Positions 37,310 to 50,552 are shown, counted from the first letter of the stretch. The stretch: DNA of 64,000 nt from Eledone cirrhosa (GCA_964016885.1 OZ024741.1:155062001-155126000), one strand, 5' to 3'. Made by a program: numbers and translations. Notes: generated by a model not told the origin, from the letters alone.

Positions 37310-40080
37310 ATTTCGCATCTGTTTGCCCTAGTAGCAAATGTTGGAAACGGACAGTAAACAATATGATGTTGATAGAGTGGATGCATGCTGTGTACAAGAG
37401 ATGAAATGGAGGGGGTGCCTCATTGAGACTACTGACAGATAAAAACAGATGCAAGCTTTTCTGGGTAGGAAATGACAATGGGTTAGGTGGTGTAGGCATT
37501 CTACTAGCTGAGAAATGGATAGATAAGTTAATAGAGGTAGTTAGAGTAAGTGACAGAATTATCAAGCTTAGAATAGTTGTAGGAAATAGAATGGTGACAA
37601 TTACATCTACCTATGTTCCACAGGCAGGACTGAGTAAAGAACAAAAGGACAGGTTCTATGAGGAACTTTTACAGACAACCTCAGTTGTTAATGACAGAGA
37701 CCTCAACATCTTGGCAGGTGACTTCAATGGACATGTGGGGCAGTACCAGGATGGATTCAGTGGAGTTCTTGGTGGCTATGGTTATGGCTCAAGAAATGAA
37801 GAGAGAGTGAGGCATATAGAATTCTGTGATGCAAATGAACTAACCATTTGCAACACTAACTTCAGAAAACCAGATAGCCACCTAATCACCAACCAATCAG
37901 GCAAACACACAAGTCAGATTGATTTCTTACTTATAAGATGAATTAGACAGATGGTAATAAATATTAAGACTTTCCTTGGTGAAGAATGTGCTGCCCAACA
38001 CAAGTTAGTTATTAATAACATCTGAATAAACACAAGATAAGCAGGAAAATATGGAGACAGAGAATATAGAAGGTAAAGGTCCTTTATAGAATATAAGTTT
38101 AGAAAAGCTCTACAGGATGCATATGATGAGAGGGGAAACGAGTTAGATAAATATGACAGAGGACAATTGGAAATTCTTATGTGACAACCTATTGTGAAGT
38201 GCTGATGAGATGTGGTTGAAGTTAAGCACCAACCAAACAGAGGGTGACCTGGTGGTGAAACAGTACTGTGGATAGAGCCATTAGGGCCGAGACAAGTACC
38301 AAGTAGACGACAGGAATATATAGCATAGAAAGAGGCTGAAAGAAGGTTTGCCAATGTCTTGTGTTATGCATTGCAAGTCAGTGTGAATCGGGAAGTTGTT
38401 GGGGAAAAGTGTGTTCAAAATGACAGCGGTGCACCTAGCACCACTGGTGCTTAAATGAAACAGGCCTAGAAATGTTACTATGAGAGGCTTATGAATGAGA
38501 GACCAGCAATTGAAATTGACAGTTATAGAGTCAAAGAAGCAATCAAGGAGATGAAGAATGGTAAAGCTGTAGTAGGGTAGTCAGATGCTAAAAGCATCTG
38601 GAGATGTAGAAGTGGAACTAGTAACACACACAGTCAATCAGGTAACACAGGTTGGTGTCATACCCAATGACTGGTGCAGCAATACAATTTTAAATTGCTA
38701 CAAGGGCAAAGGTGATGCTTTAGAAAGAATCAAATTAGATGAAATGCAGTTCGGTTTTGGGCCTGTGAGAAGTACTACAGATACCCTCTTCCTAGTGAGA
38801 CAACTACTAGAGAAGAATAAGCCACTATATTTAGCTTTTATTGATCTAAAAAAGGCCATTGACAGAGATACTTGAGCTGTCATCTGGTGGTCCTGAAGGA
38901 AATTAGATGTAGATGAATGGCTTGTAAGAGCAGTGCAAGCCATGTACAGAGGAGCTGTAGGTAAAGTGAGAGTAAGAAGTGAGTTTAGTGAAGAATTCAA
39001 GGTACAGGTAGGCATTCATTAGGGTTCAGTTGTCAGCTCACTTCTATTCATTATAGTTCTCCAGGCAATAACAAAGGAGTTTATGGCTTAGTGGTTAGAG
39101 CACATGGCTTAGTGGTTAGAGCATTGGCCTTGCAATCGAAAGGTTGCGAGTTCAATTCTCAGACCGGGTGATGTGTTGTTTCCTTGAGCAAGACACTTTA
39201 TTTCACATTGCTCCAGTTTACTCAGCTGTAGAAATGAGATGATAGGGTCTGGGGTGCCTATCATTCCACTGCAAAGTGGTCGTGGAGGTGCCACGGCAAA
39301 GAAGCACCCAGCACTCACTGAAAATGAGGTTGGTGTTAGGAAGGGCATCCAGCTGTAGAAATCAAGCCAGAATCAGTTCCCGTCCCACCCTTGCAAGCAG
39401 GGAAAAGGGGACGTAAAATGATAATGATAATAATAATGATGTCCATAGAAACTTCTGAATGTGGATGATCTGGTTCTTATAGCTAAATACATAGAACTAG
39501 AAAATAAGTTCCATCTGTGGAAACAACTTAGAATCAAAAAAGCTCAGAGTAAACTTAGAAAAAACTAAAATGTTAGTAAGTTGGAAAGAAGACAGGACCA
39601 GATCCCATCAGAGAAGAGGCCCAGATCGATATGTAGAAAATGAATAGGAAGAAACTTTATACTATGTACACAAATCTTGCATACACAAAGTGTAGTGGGA
39701 CAGCATTCAGACTATAACAGGAAAGGAAGACTTTCTAAGTAATAGATGTTCAGGAGTAATCGACAGTAAGAGCATCATTAATATAAACCTTTTCCAATGA
39801 CATGAAGGAGCCATAGAAGTAGTTGATAGCTTCAGCCACCAAAAGTGATCTAATTAACAGTGGAGGAGGGTGCTCTTAGAGCAAAGTAGCTAGAATAAGG
39901 ATAGGATGAAAGAAGTTTAGAGAGCTACTCTCTCTGTTGACAACAAAAGGTTTTTTCCTACAAATGAAAGTACGGCTACACGATGTCTGTGTGTGAAGTG
40001 AAATATTGCATGGTAAGGTAACATGGGCAGTCACTGCAGAAGATATGTGTAGGCTGGAAAGAAATGAAGCAAGCATGTTA
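37310..40080 (+). mobile_element. Decayed, near full-length RTE LINE (APE endonuclease + RT)
   Basis: APE motifs GVGILL, YVPQ, GDFNGHVG and SQIDF at 37423-37941; RT remnants QFGF and FIDLKKA; many stops. Confidence 0.9.
39085..39440 (+). mobile_element. SINE family 2 inserted in the RTE LINE
   Basis: Full head to tail, with a duplicated 5' head (atggcttagtggttagagca x2). Confidence 0.9.
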
Positions 40081-40150
40081 CATCAATGAAAATACTACAA
40101 TATTGATAGCAGCAGTGCACAACAATACAACACTGCAAAAGGCTACTTAC

Positions 40151-40305
40151 TAGTCATAGAGTTTAATGATTCGATCACTGTACTGCAGCCTCTTCAGAAG
40201 AGTCACCTCATTTTTGTAGGTTTGTACGGTGGCCTCGTTATTGTCACCAAAAGCAATGTGCTTAAGGGCCATTCTGCTACCCCTCTTGTCAAATACTTCG
40301 TACAC
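40151..40305 (-). CDS. TTK: TTK exon with catalytic Lys and alphaC Glu
   Basis: VYEVFDKRGSRMALKHIAFGDNNEATVQTYKNEVTLLKRLQYSDRIIKLYDY; 155 nt. Confidence 0.95.
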
Positions 40306-40454
40306 CTGTAGGAGACAACGTCAATCACATTACAATTACTTACAGAAATAAATAAATAAAAAAAAAAGGAAATTTACAGCATTTTACTAATGGAGGTTCA
40401 GCTGGCCTCATACAAGATTGTATCTCATAGGTTTTTAGTCCTCTCATACACACA

Positions 40455-40800
40455 TGTATCATCATCATCATTTCATTTTACGTCCGCTTTTCCCTGCTTG
40501 CAAGGGTGGGACGGGAACTGATTCTGGCTTGATTTCTACAGCTGGATGCCCTTCCTAAAACCAACCTCATTTACAGTGAGTGCTGGGTGCTTTTTTGCTG
40601 TGGCACCTCCACGACCACTTTGCAGTGGAATGATAGGGACCCCAGTCCTTATCATCTCATTTCTACAGCTGAGTAAACTGGAGCAATGTGAAATAAAGTG
40701 CCTTGCTCAAGGAAACAACACATCAGCCGGTCTGAGAATTGAACTCACAACCTTTCGATTGCAAGGCCAATGCTCTAACCACTAAGCCATGTGCCTCCAT
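40455..40800 (-). mobile_element. SINE family 2, full length
   Basis: Reverse complement of the 39103-39440 and 52927-53260 copies. Confidence 0.9.
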
Positions 40801-41539
40801 ATATGTATGTTGTTACAGCTCACAACATACCCAAGTTAGCTGGCAACTTATGGAATTGCATCTGATAGGAGACCAGCTAAACTTACATAAATGTAAGCTG
40901 TAACATTTCATGTCATTATTCTTTATGACAGGATAAACGACTTTATGTAATAGTTGTATACACCATCATTACTATCACTTCTAATTGGTATTTGAAAATA
41001 TCCATGATCACATTTCAGGCCAATTACTTCTCATGAATGGCAAACCAATTTCCTGATGGCAATAGGGAGAATTTGTACTTAGAACATACAGAGGCAGAAC
41101 AGATATTACAGAAAATCTTGTTCAACTTTTTTAAACAATTCTACCAATCCACCATCCTTGCTGGACTGATACAATATTTATTGACCCTGAAAGGCTGAAA
41201 GGCAAAGTTGACTTTGGCGGGATTAGAACTTGGAATGCAGAGAGCCGGGTCAAGTACCACAAGGTATTTTTCTTTTAACATCCTGTACTACATAAAACCA
41301 CATTAGAAAGACATTCCTGGAGAGTACAATAAAGCACTGCATCACATAAACAATTATAGTCTTTATTCTAATAATACACATTTTCACAATCTATTCTTAA
41401 GTACTGATACTATAAACATTTGAATTAAACCTGTTTTTAGATATTTTCTGTTAAATCATTACTGGACGTTAAGAGATAGTACTCCTAGTGTCCACTAGTA
41501 AGATACTATATACATTTAAATTAATAAACCTGCTTTTAA

Positions 41540-41730
41540 CCCTTTAGCATTTAAACCAGTCATATTTGGCCAGAATTCCCTCACCTCTTTCTATTATATG
41601 TATATATACTGATGTTAAGGTATTGTTTTCAAAATAAATATCAAAATCTCATAGATTCAATGTTATATGAAATAAAGTGTTTATCCCAAAAATACAATAG
41701 TAAATATAGAGTAATGTAAATGTTAAAGGG
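41540..41730. mobile_element. piggyBac-like MITE
   Basis: TTAA-CCCTTTAGCATTT...AAAGGG-TTAA. Confidence 0.8.
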
Positions 41731-41844
41731 TTAAATATTCTCTGCTAAATTACTACAGGATATTCCATATACCACCTCTGTCAAATCATCAGCTAACAAA
41801 AATAACATCACATATAGATAATATATAAAACAAAAAGTACTTAC

Positions 41845-41919
41845 ACTGCTACTTCCACCCTTGCCAATCACCTTTACAACGGTATACACCTTGCTGTTGA
41901 CAACTAAAGAATGAAGTTT
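41845..41919 (-). CDS. TTK: TTK exon, Gly-rich loop
   Basis: KLHSLVVNSKVYTVVKVIGKGGSSS; 75 nt; ends with gtaagt. Confidence 0.95.
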
Positions 41920-43086
41920 CTGAAATAATAAGTATAGTTTATATGGTAGGGTACCAAGTGGACAGACACAATCACAAAAACAATAATTTCTTTTATTGGT
42001 CACAAGGGCCCCAAGACATTATGGACACTACATTGATGAAAACACAGTGTGGGATTTACATCAAGTAAAGGGACAACAATAGATATAACAATAACAGGAA
42101 TTATAATAAATAGTCATAATAATACAAAACAATGATGTCGACTAGGAACAATTTCCTAATAGGAGAGGACTGCATTTTAGGATAATTCTAGGGAAACCAC
42201 ACACAAAACCCAAGATTACTCTGTCACCTCAGAGTTTGAAAAGTGCCCTCTCTCAGTTTCTTTCCTCCTACTAAGATAAACATAATCAGAGTAGGCCCGT
42301 TCAGCCTAGCCAATCTCAGCGCTCTCATCCACTAGAAGGCATCAGCTCCTTCTCTACTTTCATTTTCCACCTCAAGTGGTACCTAAATTTAAAGAGGGCC
42401 TTGCCAAGTGCATTGTAAAGTGATTGGTGATTGAATGGTAACAATATAGGGTAGAAAGGACCCTTTCATCTTGCCAAGCACATGACAACCTTTTTGGTAC
42501 TGGTGACACAATAAAGTGCACCCAGTCCATTCTATAAGGTGGTAGCGTTGGTTCTACAATTCAATGCATCCAGTTTACTTTGTAAAATGGTTTGGGTTAG
42601 GAAAAACATCTAGCCAGAGAAATCATGCCAAAATATGATTCATATAAGCAAGACACAGTTCCCTGATCTGTCTGATCTCAGACCATGACAATCTGTCCAA
42701 GCCATGTTAGCAAGCAAAATAGAGTAAAATGATATGCACATATATGGCACCATAAATCCATTTAGTGTTCATAATGGTCCTTCTTTTAGACAATAACTCT
42801 TTTGCCCATAGATATAGGTAAAGATACTTTTTGGGGATTCCAAATGCCTATGATTCATTTACAGATATATAGATAGGTATTTGAAAAATGTATTTACTGT
42901 ATTTTTTTTTAAAGATATATCTTTAGCGTGGAAGATAGACATTAAACAATGATGATGATGATGCATGTACACACACACACACACACACATATATTGACAT
43001 ATGTGCATACACACACATTGACACATGACCATACACAACAGAGAAAGAAGAAGTATGACAAGATGAAAGCTAGAAAGACCACCTAC

Positions 43087-43171
43087 CTTCTCTGGTTGTA
43101 CATGATTCTCTGTAGAGGGATCAGGAGTTTTGATCTGTAAACTGGTAGAGATAGGTTTAACATCACTGGAA
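43087..43171 (-). CDS. TTK: TTK exon, linker
   Basis: SSDVKPISTSLQIKTPDPSTENHVQPEK; phase 2/0 fits its neighbours. Confidence 0.75.
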
Positions 43172-44284
43172 CTGAAACATATGGAAATACCAATAAGACA
43201 AACAACTTCCTCAAAATATTTCAGAGGAAGAGACAGGATGACAAGTATGATGACTGGCATGATAAAATGAAATGAAATTTGCAGATCACACTTTTGTAAG
43301 AAGTTTAGTTGGTCTCCTACAATATTGTATCCCATAGGAGATCTCTTAATAATAGGGGTCATATAATGTTAATGTTACAGTGTACCCCTCTTAAGTTTCA
43401 GCTGGCCTCCTATGAGTTGCATACCACAAAAAGTTTCCTGGGTGTTTTAATGATAGGAACCCTAGTCCTATCATATTGTTGTTACAACTCAGCTCCCCTA
43501 TATGGGTTTAGCTGGCTCCCTACGAGGTTGTCACTCCTATGATGTTTCAATAACAGGAGGCACCAGTCTTATGTTAATGTTGCTACAGCTTACATCTATG
43601 TAGGTTTAGCTGGCTGCTTTTCATAGGAGGTTTCTCGGGTGTTTTAGTGATAGCAGTCCTAGTCGTATCAGGTTATTGTTGTTACGACTCACCACATCTA
43701 TGAAGGTTTAGCTAGCCTCTTTCATAGGTTTTGGGGGTGTTTTATTGAGAGGGACCCCAATCCCATCGTGAAAAGCAACATAAAGTGAAGTGTTTTGCTT
43801 AACAACACAATGTGCTGCCCAATCCAGGAATCAAACCCAACACCTTATGATTGTGAGACACATAGTAACCACTGGCCCATGTGCCTTCACCAAAGCATTG
43901 TGTGGTTTCAATAGGATGATGTGAGGGAGAAAAGAGTACAAGAGTGATTTTGGACAGAGTGGTGTACAGCTTATTCATAAACCATTGCTTTAAAAAGGAC
44001 CTTGTGATGAATTCAAAACAGCACAATGACTGCCTCATGTTAAAAATTGAAGTCTTTAATACTGAAAATGTTCACAACAAACTGTCCACTAGTAAAGATA
44101 TAATAAACATTCGAGTTAACAAGCCTGTTTTTAGGTATTTACTGCTAAATTATACAGGATATTAAGACTTAAGACAGTGCCCTAGTGTAACTACAGTCTA
44201 ATAACAAACTGATAAAAGAATGTATATAGAGACACAGCATGATAGCAGTCTCATGACTGAAACCAGTCATAAAAGAATACTTAC

Positions 44285-45593
44285 AGGTTCTGTTTCGTTG
44301 AATTGGGTCCTTCTTTTCCAGATGTGAGACTTTTATTATCAGAATGTTTTGGGATGTGTATATCTCTTTCGTTTAAATTTAATGTCTTCTCTGTTAATGG
44401 TTGACGAGGAGGAGGAGGACATTGTTCCGGTAACTTTGGTGTGTCTTTGAGAACATTTACATGGTGCTGAACTGGAAGATGGACATTTTCAGGTGGCCTA
44501 GGAAGATCTTGATGGCGTCCAAGTGACATTTGGTTTTCAAAGCACTGCTGGAGGGGTTTATTACATTTATCTCTTTGTAGTGAAGGTTCAGGTGGTACAT
44601 CTGGAGGCATAGCTGCTACTGACGTGGTTGTGGTCTTACTTTGACAAGGGGGTACTTGATCTTTCGGTAAATTATGATAGTCCTGAATTTGATTTTCTTT
44701 GTTACTTTCATCCTCAAAACTCAAGACAGGTTTGTATTTTATTTGTGATGACAGCACCATACCACAGTTCTCTTTGTTATAAAAGTCACTACTAGAAGCT
44801 ACAAACTTCGAACAGTCATCTTTGGAAAGCAAGGATTCCTGTAAACCTTTCGGTTTCAGTGAACAATGTTTATTTCCTTCTTTCTTTAATCTAAGAACCG
44901 AGAAAGTGTCCAAGACATTGAAACGATTATCAACATTTGTTAAGAAAGTGTCTACTGTTAATTCGCCATTATCAGTAGAGCTAGGGATAAGGTTAGGATT
45001 ATTGTTACATCTATTATCACAGTTGGAAGGAAGGATTTGATTATTGGTAGTGTCCAATGTACAATCGGAATGTTCCCTTGAAGTAGTAGAAATATTTGCT
45101 TGACCATACAGATGAAGACAAGAGTTGTTAGACAAGCCAGGCCTTGGTGTGTCAGATTGTGCCTTGTTACAGTCTACACCAGGACAACATAGTTGAGAGC
45201 TGAAAGTGTTCTTTGCTGTTTTTCCAGCTCCTAAGATAGCACTGCTATTTGGAACAACAAATTTATTATCATTATCATTCTTAGTAACAACTGATTCTTG
45301 ATTGCTTCTTTTAATGGATTCATTTCCATTGACCAAATGTGAAGAATAGTTGTCACAGGTCTTTGTCAATTTCATATTGGCAGAACCAGAGCTAGGCTTA
45401 TCTTCATTGTGACCAGATGGAAGCAAATCTAATTTTGGTAACAAGAGAGAAATACTGTCTCTGTCCTTGGGTGATTCAGACAATTCTGGTGTTGTTTTCT
45501 CCAAACTAGGGTCATGATCTTTGGTTACTCCAACCTCTTCTTCAACAATGGTAGGAGTTAACTTTTGAAATTGAAGGCTCTTTCCAGAGAAAC
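44285..45593 (-). CDS. TTK: TTK large middle-region exon (1309 nt)
   Basis: Uninterrupted ORF (44281-45609), S/N/P-rich; ctatAG acceptor and gtaagt donor; phases 1/2 fit. Confidence 0.85.
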
Positions 45594-46580
45594 CTATAGA
45601 CAATAACAAAACATCTCAGTTAAAAAAAAAAAGGAACAAAAAAACAAATACAGACAACAAACATTTCAACCTTTTTGATTCCAAACAGAAATCAGACCTG
45701 ATTTTGCAATATTAAGCTGTTTATTAAAAACCTTCCATCATAAGCTGGTGTTTGGAATATAACCTAACAAAGGTTCTTACATAAAATCATAATGGAAGCC
45801 TTTTATATATATATACTTTAAAACAAACGGTTTCTTATCCCAGAACCAGAGGCAGTTTTAGGAGGTTTGGCTTCAGGGTGTGAGAGCGTTGGATTAAATG
45901 TTATTTGTCCTAGTTCTCTGCACTTTGTGGTCAAATTCTGCTGAGATCAACTTTGCCTTTCATCCTTTTAAGGCAGTGGATTGGAGTTGTTAGAAATTTG
46001 GATGGTATGCTTTGCAGTATCTAGCTTAGTATGTTCTGAGTTCAAATACTGCCTCCCTCTACCAGGTGTTGAAACCAGCAGACAATATCTGCAATGGAAT
46101 GACATATGGGAACAATCAGCTACTTATATATCTCTTCTGTCAGGAGTTGTAATGGAAACAGTTTTCCTGCTCTAATCTGACAATTGGTTCCTTTCCTTTT
46201 AGGTATCAAGAGTTAACCAACCAACAAATACGAGATATTAAAAAAATTAAGTTTACAGCTCACACCTATCTAGATTTAGCTGGCCTTTTATGAAGATGTG
46301 CATCAGGCATTTTAATGATAGGGGCCTATCATACACACAACTAAATATATATGTTATTGTTACAGCTTATAAATATGCAGGTTTAGCTTGCTTCTTATCC
46401 AGTTGCATTTCATAGGCAGCTTGAGTGTTTCGATTCGATGATAGGGGTCTCAGTCCTACCATGAAAAGCAACGTGAAATGAATCATCTTACTGAAGAACA
46501 TGATGTGCCGCATGGTCCCAGAATCAAACCCACAACTACCAAACCAATCAATCTATATATTAAGGTGTTACTAATGTTAC

Positions 46581-46690
46581 CCGACAGTGATTTTGGTGTA
46601 AATTTGTTCACAGGCGAAGAATCTTCATCATCAGAGTTGTCATACAGTTTGAACTCTTCTACTTTCACCCTACTTGGCATTTTCTTCAGC
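46581..46690 (-). CDS. TTK: TTK exon with middle-region-like motif
   Basis: LKKMPSRVKVEEFKLYDNSDDEDSSPVNKFTPKSLS; phase 2/1. Confidence 0.8.
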
Positions 46691-47036
46691 CTAAAATAGA
46701 ACAAATATATTTAAAAAAATTGATCAACTCTTAACATCCTGCATTGATTTAGCTGCAGATATCGAAAAACAGGTTTGTTAATTCAACTGTTTAGAGTATC
46801 TGCGCTAGTGGACAGATCATTATTAAAATATGTAGTATTAGAGTAAAGACTAATTTTTAATGTGATGGAGTTATATTGCTGCTTTTTTTACTATTCAAAA
46901 ATGTTTATAGTATCTTTACAAGTGGACAGGTTACTGTGAAAATGTACAATATTAAAAATGTCAATTTTTAATGCGATGCAGTCATAGTACTGTTTTGTAC
47001 TTTTCAAGAATGTCTTGTTAATTCAAATGCACATCC

Positions 47037-47500
47037 ATTGATGCATGCTTGCTTCATTTCTCTCCAACTTTTGCATATGCACAGCATTTGGTGCCTATGT
47101 CTCACTACCATGCAGCATCACACAAAGGTGTTGTAGAGAAAAGCCTTTTGCTCTTATTGTAGCTACTATGTTCCCAGAGCACCCTCCTCCATTGCTAATT
47201 TGAGCACCTAGGTAGCAAATGCTATCAACCACTTCTATGGGTTCTTCCTGCGATTGGAAAATGTTTATTTCATTGATGCTCTTACTATCAACTATCCCTG
47301 TACATCTACTACATACAAAGTTTGTCATTTCTGTTAGTCTGCCTGCCATCCCACTACACCACTTGTATATATCATATAGGAGTTTCTGCTTACTCCATTT
47401 CTAAATATCAAACAAGACCCTGAGAAGATCAGAGTCCAGTCTTCTTTCCTACTTACTAAAATTTTGTTTTTTGAGCTCTTTTGATTCTAAGTTGTTTCCA
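47037..47500 (-). mobile_element. Degenerate RTE fragment
   Basis: FVCSRC..EVVDSICYLG..GGGCS..MLHGSET. Confidence 0.8.
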
Positions 47501-47589
47501 CAGAAAAACCATATATAAAATAAAATGCCAATATACCCAACTATAGTGCATATTGTGTATATATATCAAATGAAATACCAATATGCCCA

Positions 47590-48075
47590 ACTATAATAGG
47601 AATCACAAATCAGTAGTTCACTAAAAAAACTGCTGCTTCAGACTTAATCCATAATACAATTATTGAGATTTCAAAAACTTACTCATGTCAAAATGGTTCA
47701 GAGGTGAAAAAGTATTAGGTAACAATTCAAAATAGAGAAGGAATGTGACATGGGTCTCTCAGAAGTACTGATATAGACAATTATTAAGGTTTATAAAGCT
47801 TGTTCATGTTAATATGATACTGCAGTGAAAAATTACTTGATGGTAATTAAAAATAGGGTAGGAATTGTGGAAACCTGGGATTGTAACAGGAGGAATATGA
47901 CCTGGGTTCAAGGATCACTGGATAATACAATTATTGAAGTTTGAAAAGTTTGCTCGTGTTAATATGGTGCTGAGAGAAAAGTTGCTAGATGACAAATTAA
48001 AATGAGGAGGTATCTGAGGAAAACTGGGGATGCAAGGAATGTGACCTGGGTCTCTAGGAACCACTGATTTATAAG
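47590..48075. repeat. Degenerate tandem triplication (~160-bp unit)
   Basis: ggaatgtgacctgggt-like motif near 47741, 47892 and 48036; each unit also carries a tgttaatatg..tgagagaaaa-like segment. Confidence 0.55.
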
Positions 48076-48107
48076 GACAAATTAAAAGAACTTTGGTGAT
48101 TACATAC

Positions 48108-48485
48108 TTGAGAAATTTTGTAGAGGAGCAATTGTCATTGGCTCCTGCAACACGCACTGAAGATTTCTGACAGTCGGGGGTAATTTGGGAACCCAGAGAA
48201 GAGCTGCCACCAAAAATGGTAAACTGAGTCGCGAGACTTGACTCTGTAGAACCCTGAATGCTAGAGAGACGCCTGTCTAACGGAGCGTGCATGTTAGACA
48301 CACGCCTTTCGTATATAGATGAAAATCGCTTTGCAAGGGGGCCTGAGTGATTCAGAGAAGCCCATTTTTCTGAAAGTGCGAAAATGCTGCCACATATAAA
48401 TTCCTCAGGGGATGTGCTCGAGTCTTTCTTCACAGCTACATCAGGTGTGTCTACCTGTTTTGGTTTCGATTCACTTAAGACAGTC
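48108..48485 (-). CDS. TTK: TTK exon, Ser-rich
   Basis: TVLSESKPKQVDTPDVAVKKDSSTSPEEFICG...STKFLK; 378 nt, phase 2/2. Confidence 0.8.
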
Positions 48486-48679
48486 CTACAAAATATGACA
48501 AGAACATAAAAAGAAACTCATTAGACCGAGAAATTAATCACACACACACATACAAAACAGTATATAAAGAGATGCCAAATTTAACCCTTTTGTGATGTAT
48601 GGAATTATATCTTGTTCAATAACAGTTCAAGAAAAGTTTCTTATATATAATTCCTGGTTTTTATAATTATATCAAATAT

Positions 48680-50207
48680 TTCTGGCATTCGTCGATCTTG
48701 AGAAAGCCTTTGACAGAGTTCCACGTGTTGTAATCTGGTGGGCTCTTAGAAAACTAGGAGTAGATGAATGGCTTGTGAAAGCTGTACAAGCCATGTATAG
48801 GGGAGCAGTCAGCAAAGTTAGGATTAGCAATGAGTATAGCGAGGAATTTAGCGTACAGGTTGGGGTCCACCAGGGCTCTGTTCTTAGCCCCCTCCTGTTC
48901 ATCATAGTCCTGCAGGCAATAACGGAGGAGTTTAAGACCGGATGCCCATGGGAACTCCTGTATGCTGATGACCTCGCACTTATAGCTGAATCTATGGTAG
49001 AACTAGAGAAGAAATTCCAAACTTGGAAGCAGGGACTAGAAAGAAAGGGTCTCAAAGTCAACATGACAAAGACTAAGGTCCTTGTAAGTAGACGAGAAGA
49101 CAGAACCCAGATCCCCTCAGGGAATTGGCCTTGCTCAGTATGTAGGAACTCCATTCTCTGCCCCAAATGCAAACAATGGGTACACAAGAGATGTAGCGGG
49201 ATCTCAGGAAGCTTAATTAAGAATGTAGGCTTCACATGCAGCAGCTGTACTGGGACAGCAAGCAGCAAACAGCCACAGGAAACGAGTACCACCAATCTCT
49301 GGGAGGGCTCTGTAGAAACAGTAGACAGCTACTGCTACCTAGGTGACCGAATTAGCAGCGGAGGTGGGTGTTCAGAAAGTACAATAACTAGGGTAAGAAC
49401 AGGATGGAAGAAGTTTAGAGAACAACTACCACTGCTAGCTGCAAAAGGCTTCTCCCTCAAAATGAAAGGCAAACTGTATGATGCGTGTATCCGAACACAG
49501 ATGTTGCATGGTAGTGAGACCTGGGCGCTGAAGGTGGAAGACTTACGTAGATTGGAGAGAAACGAAGCCTGCATGCTCCAATGGATGTGTAATAGTAATA
49601 TACGCGACCGATAAAGCATAAATGAATTGAGAGAGAGACTGAGCATAAGAGGAATCAAATGCTGTGTGCAGGAGAGGCGGTTGCATTGGTATGGACATGT
49701 GATGCGTATGAAGGATGACAGCTGCATAAAAAGGTGCAGAGCACTAGAAGTCGATGGAAACCGCGGAGTGGGGAGACCCAAGAAGACCTTGGATGAGGTG
49801 ATAAAAGCCGACCTTACCCAATTACACCTCTCAAAAGTGATGACACACGACCGTGACCTCTGGCGTCACGCAGTAATACAGAGTACCTGACCTCCCATGG
49901 GTACAAGCTGAAGCATATAGACAATATGCCCCCACACACCCCACTGCAAGGTGGTCGTGGAGGTGCCACGGCAAAAAAGCACCCAGCCCACACTGTAAAG
50001 TGGACATGTAGGCGCCACGAAAAAGCACCCAGCACTCACTGTAAATGAGGTTGGTGTTAGGAAGGGCATCCAGCTGTAGAAATCAAGCCAAATCAGTTCC
50101 TGTATGAGCAAGGCATGGTCAGCCGACCAGACACTGCCCACAACAGGACAACCCGTCTAACCCATGCTAGCGTGGAAGAACGGACGTAAAACGGTGATGA
50201 TGATGAT
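48680..50207 (+). mobile_element. 5'-truncated RTE LINE with 3' UTR
   Basis: FVDLEKAFDRVP..HQGSVLSPLLF..LYADD..RLHWYGHV; (gat)n tail. Confidence 0.93.
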
Positions 50208-50452
50208 TTAACGCTTTTGTTACCATATTTAATGAAAGACACTACCTATGATATTTAAATAACTTTGAAAATAACCAAGAATTATTTCATTATTATAAGA
50301 TGGCTTTCATAACAACAAAATGTTCTTATATCAAATTAAATTGGAAGATTTTAATTCAAATAGAATTAAAAACAACTGTTTCAAATATTAATTCATTTGA
50401 AGTTTTAACAGGGCTGGTATGAAATGGGTTAACAACTATTGTAAATACTTAC

Positions 50453-50552
50453 TCATTTGAAGTTACCAAACTAGACAGGAATTTATTTTTCACTGTATTT
50501 ACAGGTATGGCAGAACTTGATACATCTGGTTTCTCATCAGATTTGAGGGTTT
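50453..50552 (-). CDS. TTK: TTK exon
   Basis: TLKSDEKPDVSSSAIPVNTVKNKFLSSLVTSN; 100 nt, phase 1/2, gtaagt donor. Confidence 0.75.

Noticed and set aside
39109-39348. Recurrent 79-aa ORF MPFLTPTSF... (also at 8729, 40546, 52941, 61891)
   Set aside because: It is the antisense reading of SINE family 2; recurrence reflects copy identity, not protein conservation.
50522-50545. CTGATGAGAAAC on the minus strand
   Set aside because: It lies inside a TTK coding exon (SDEKP) with no stem II; coincidental.
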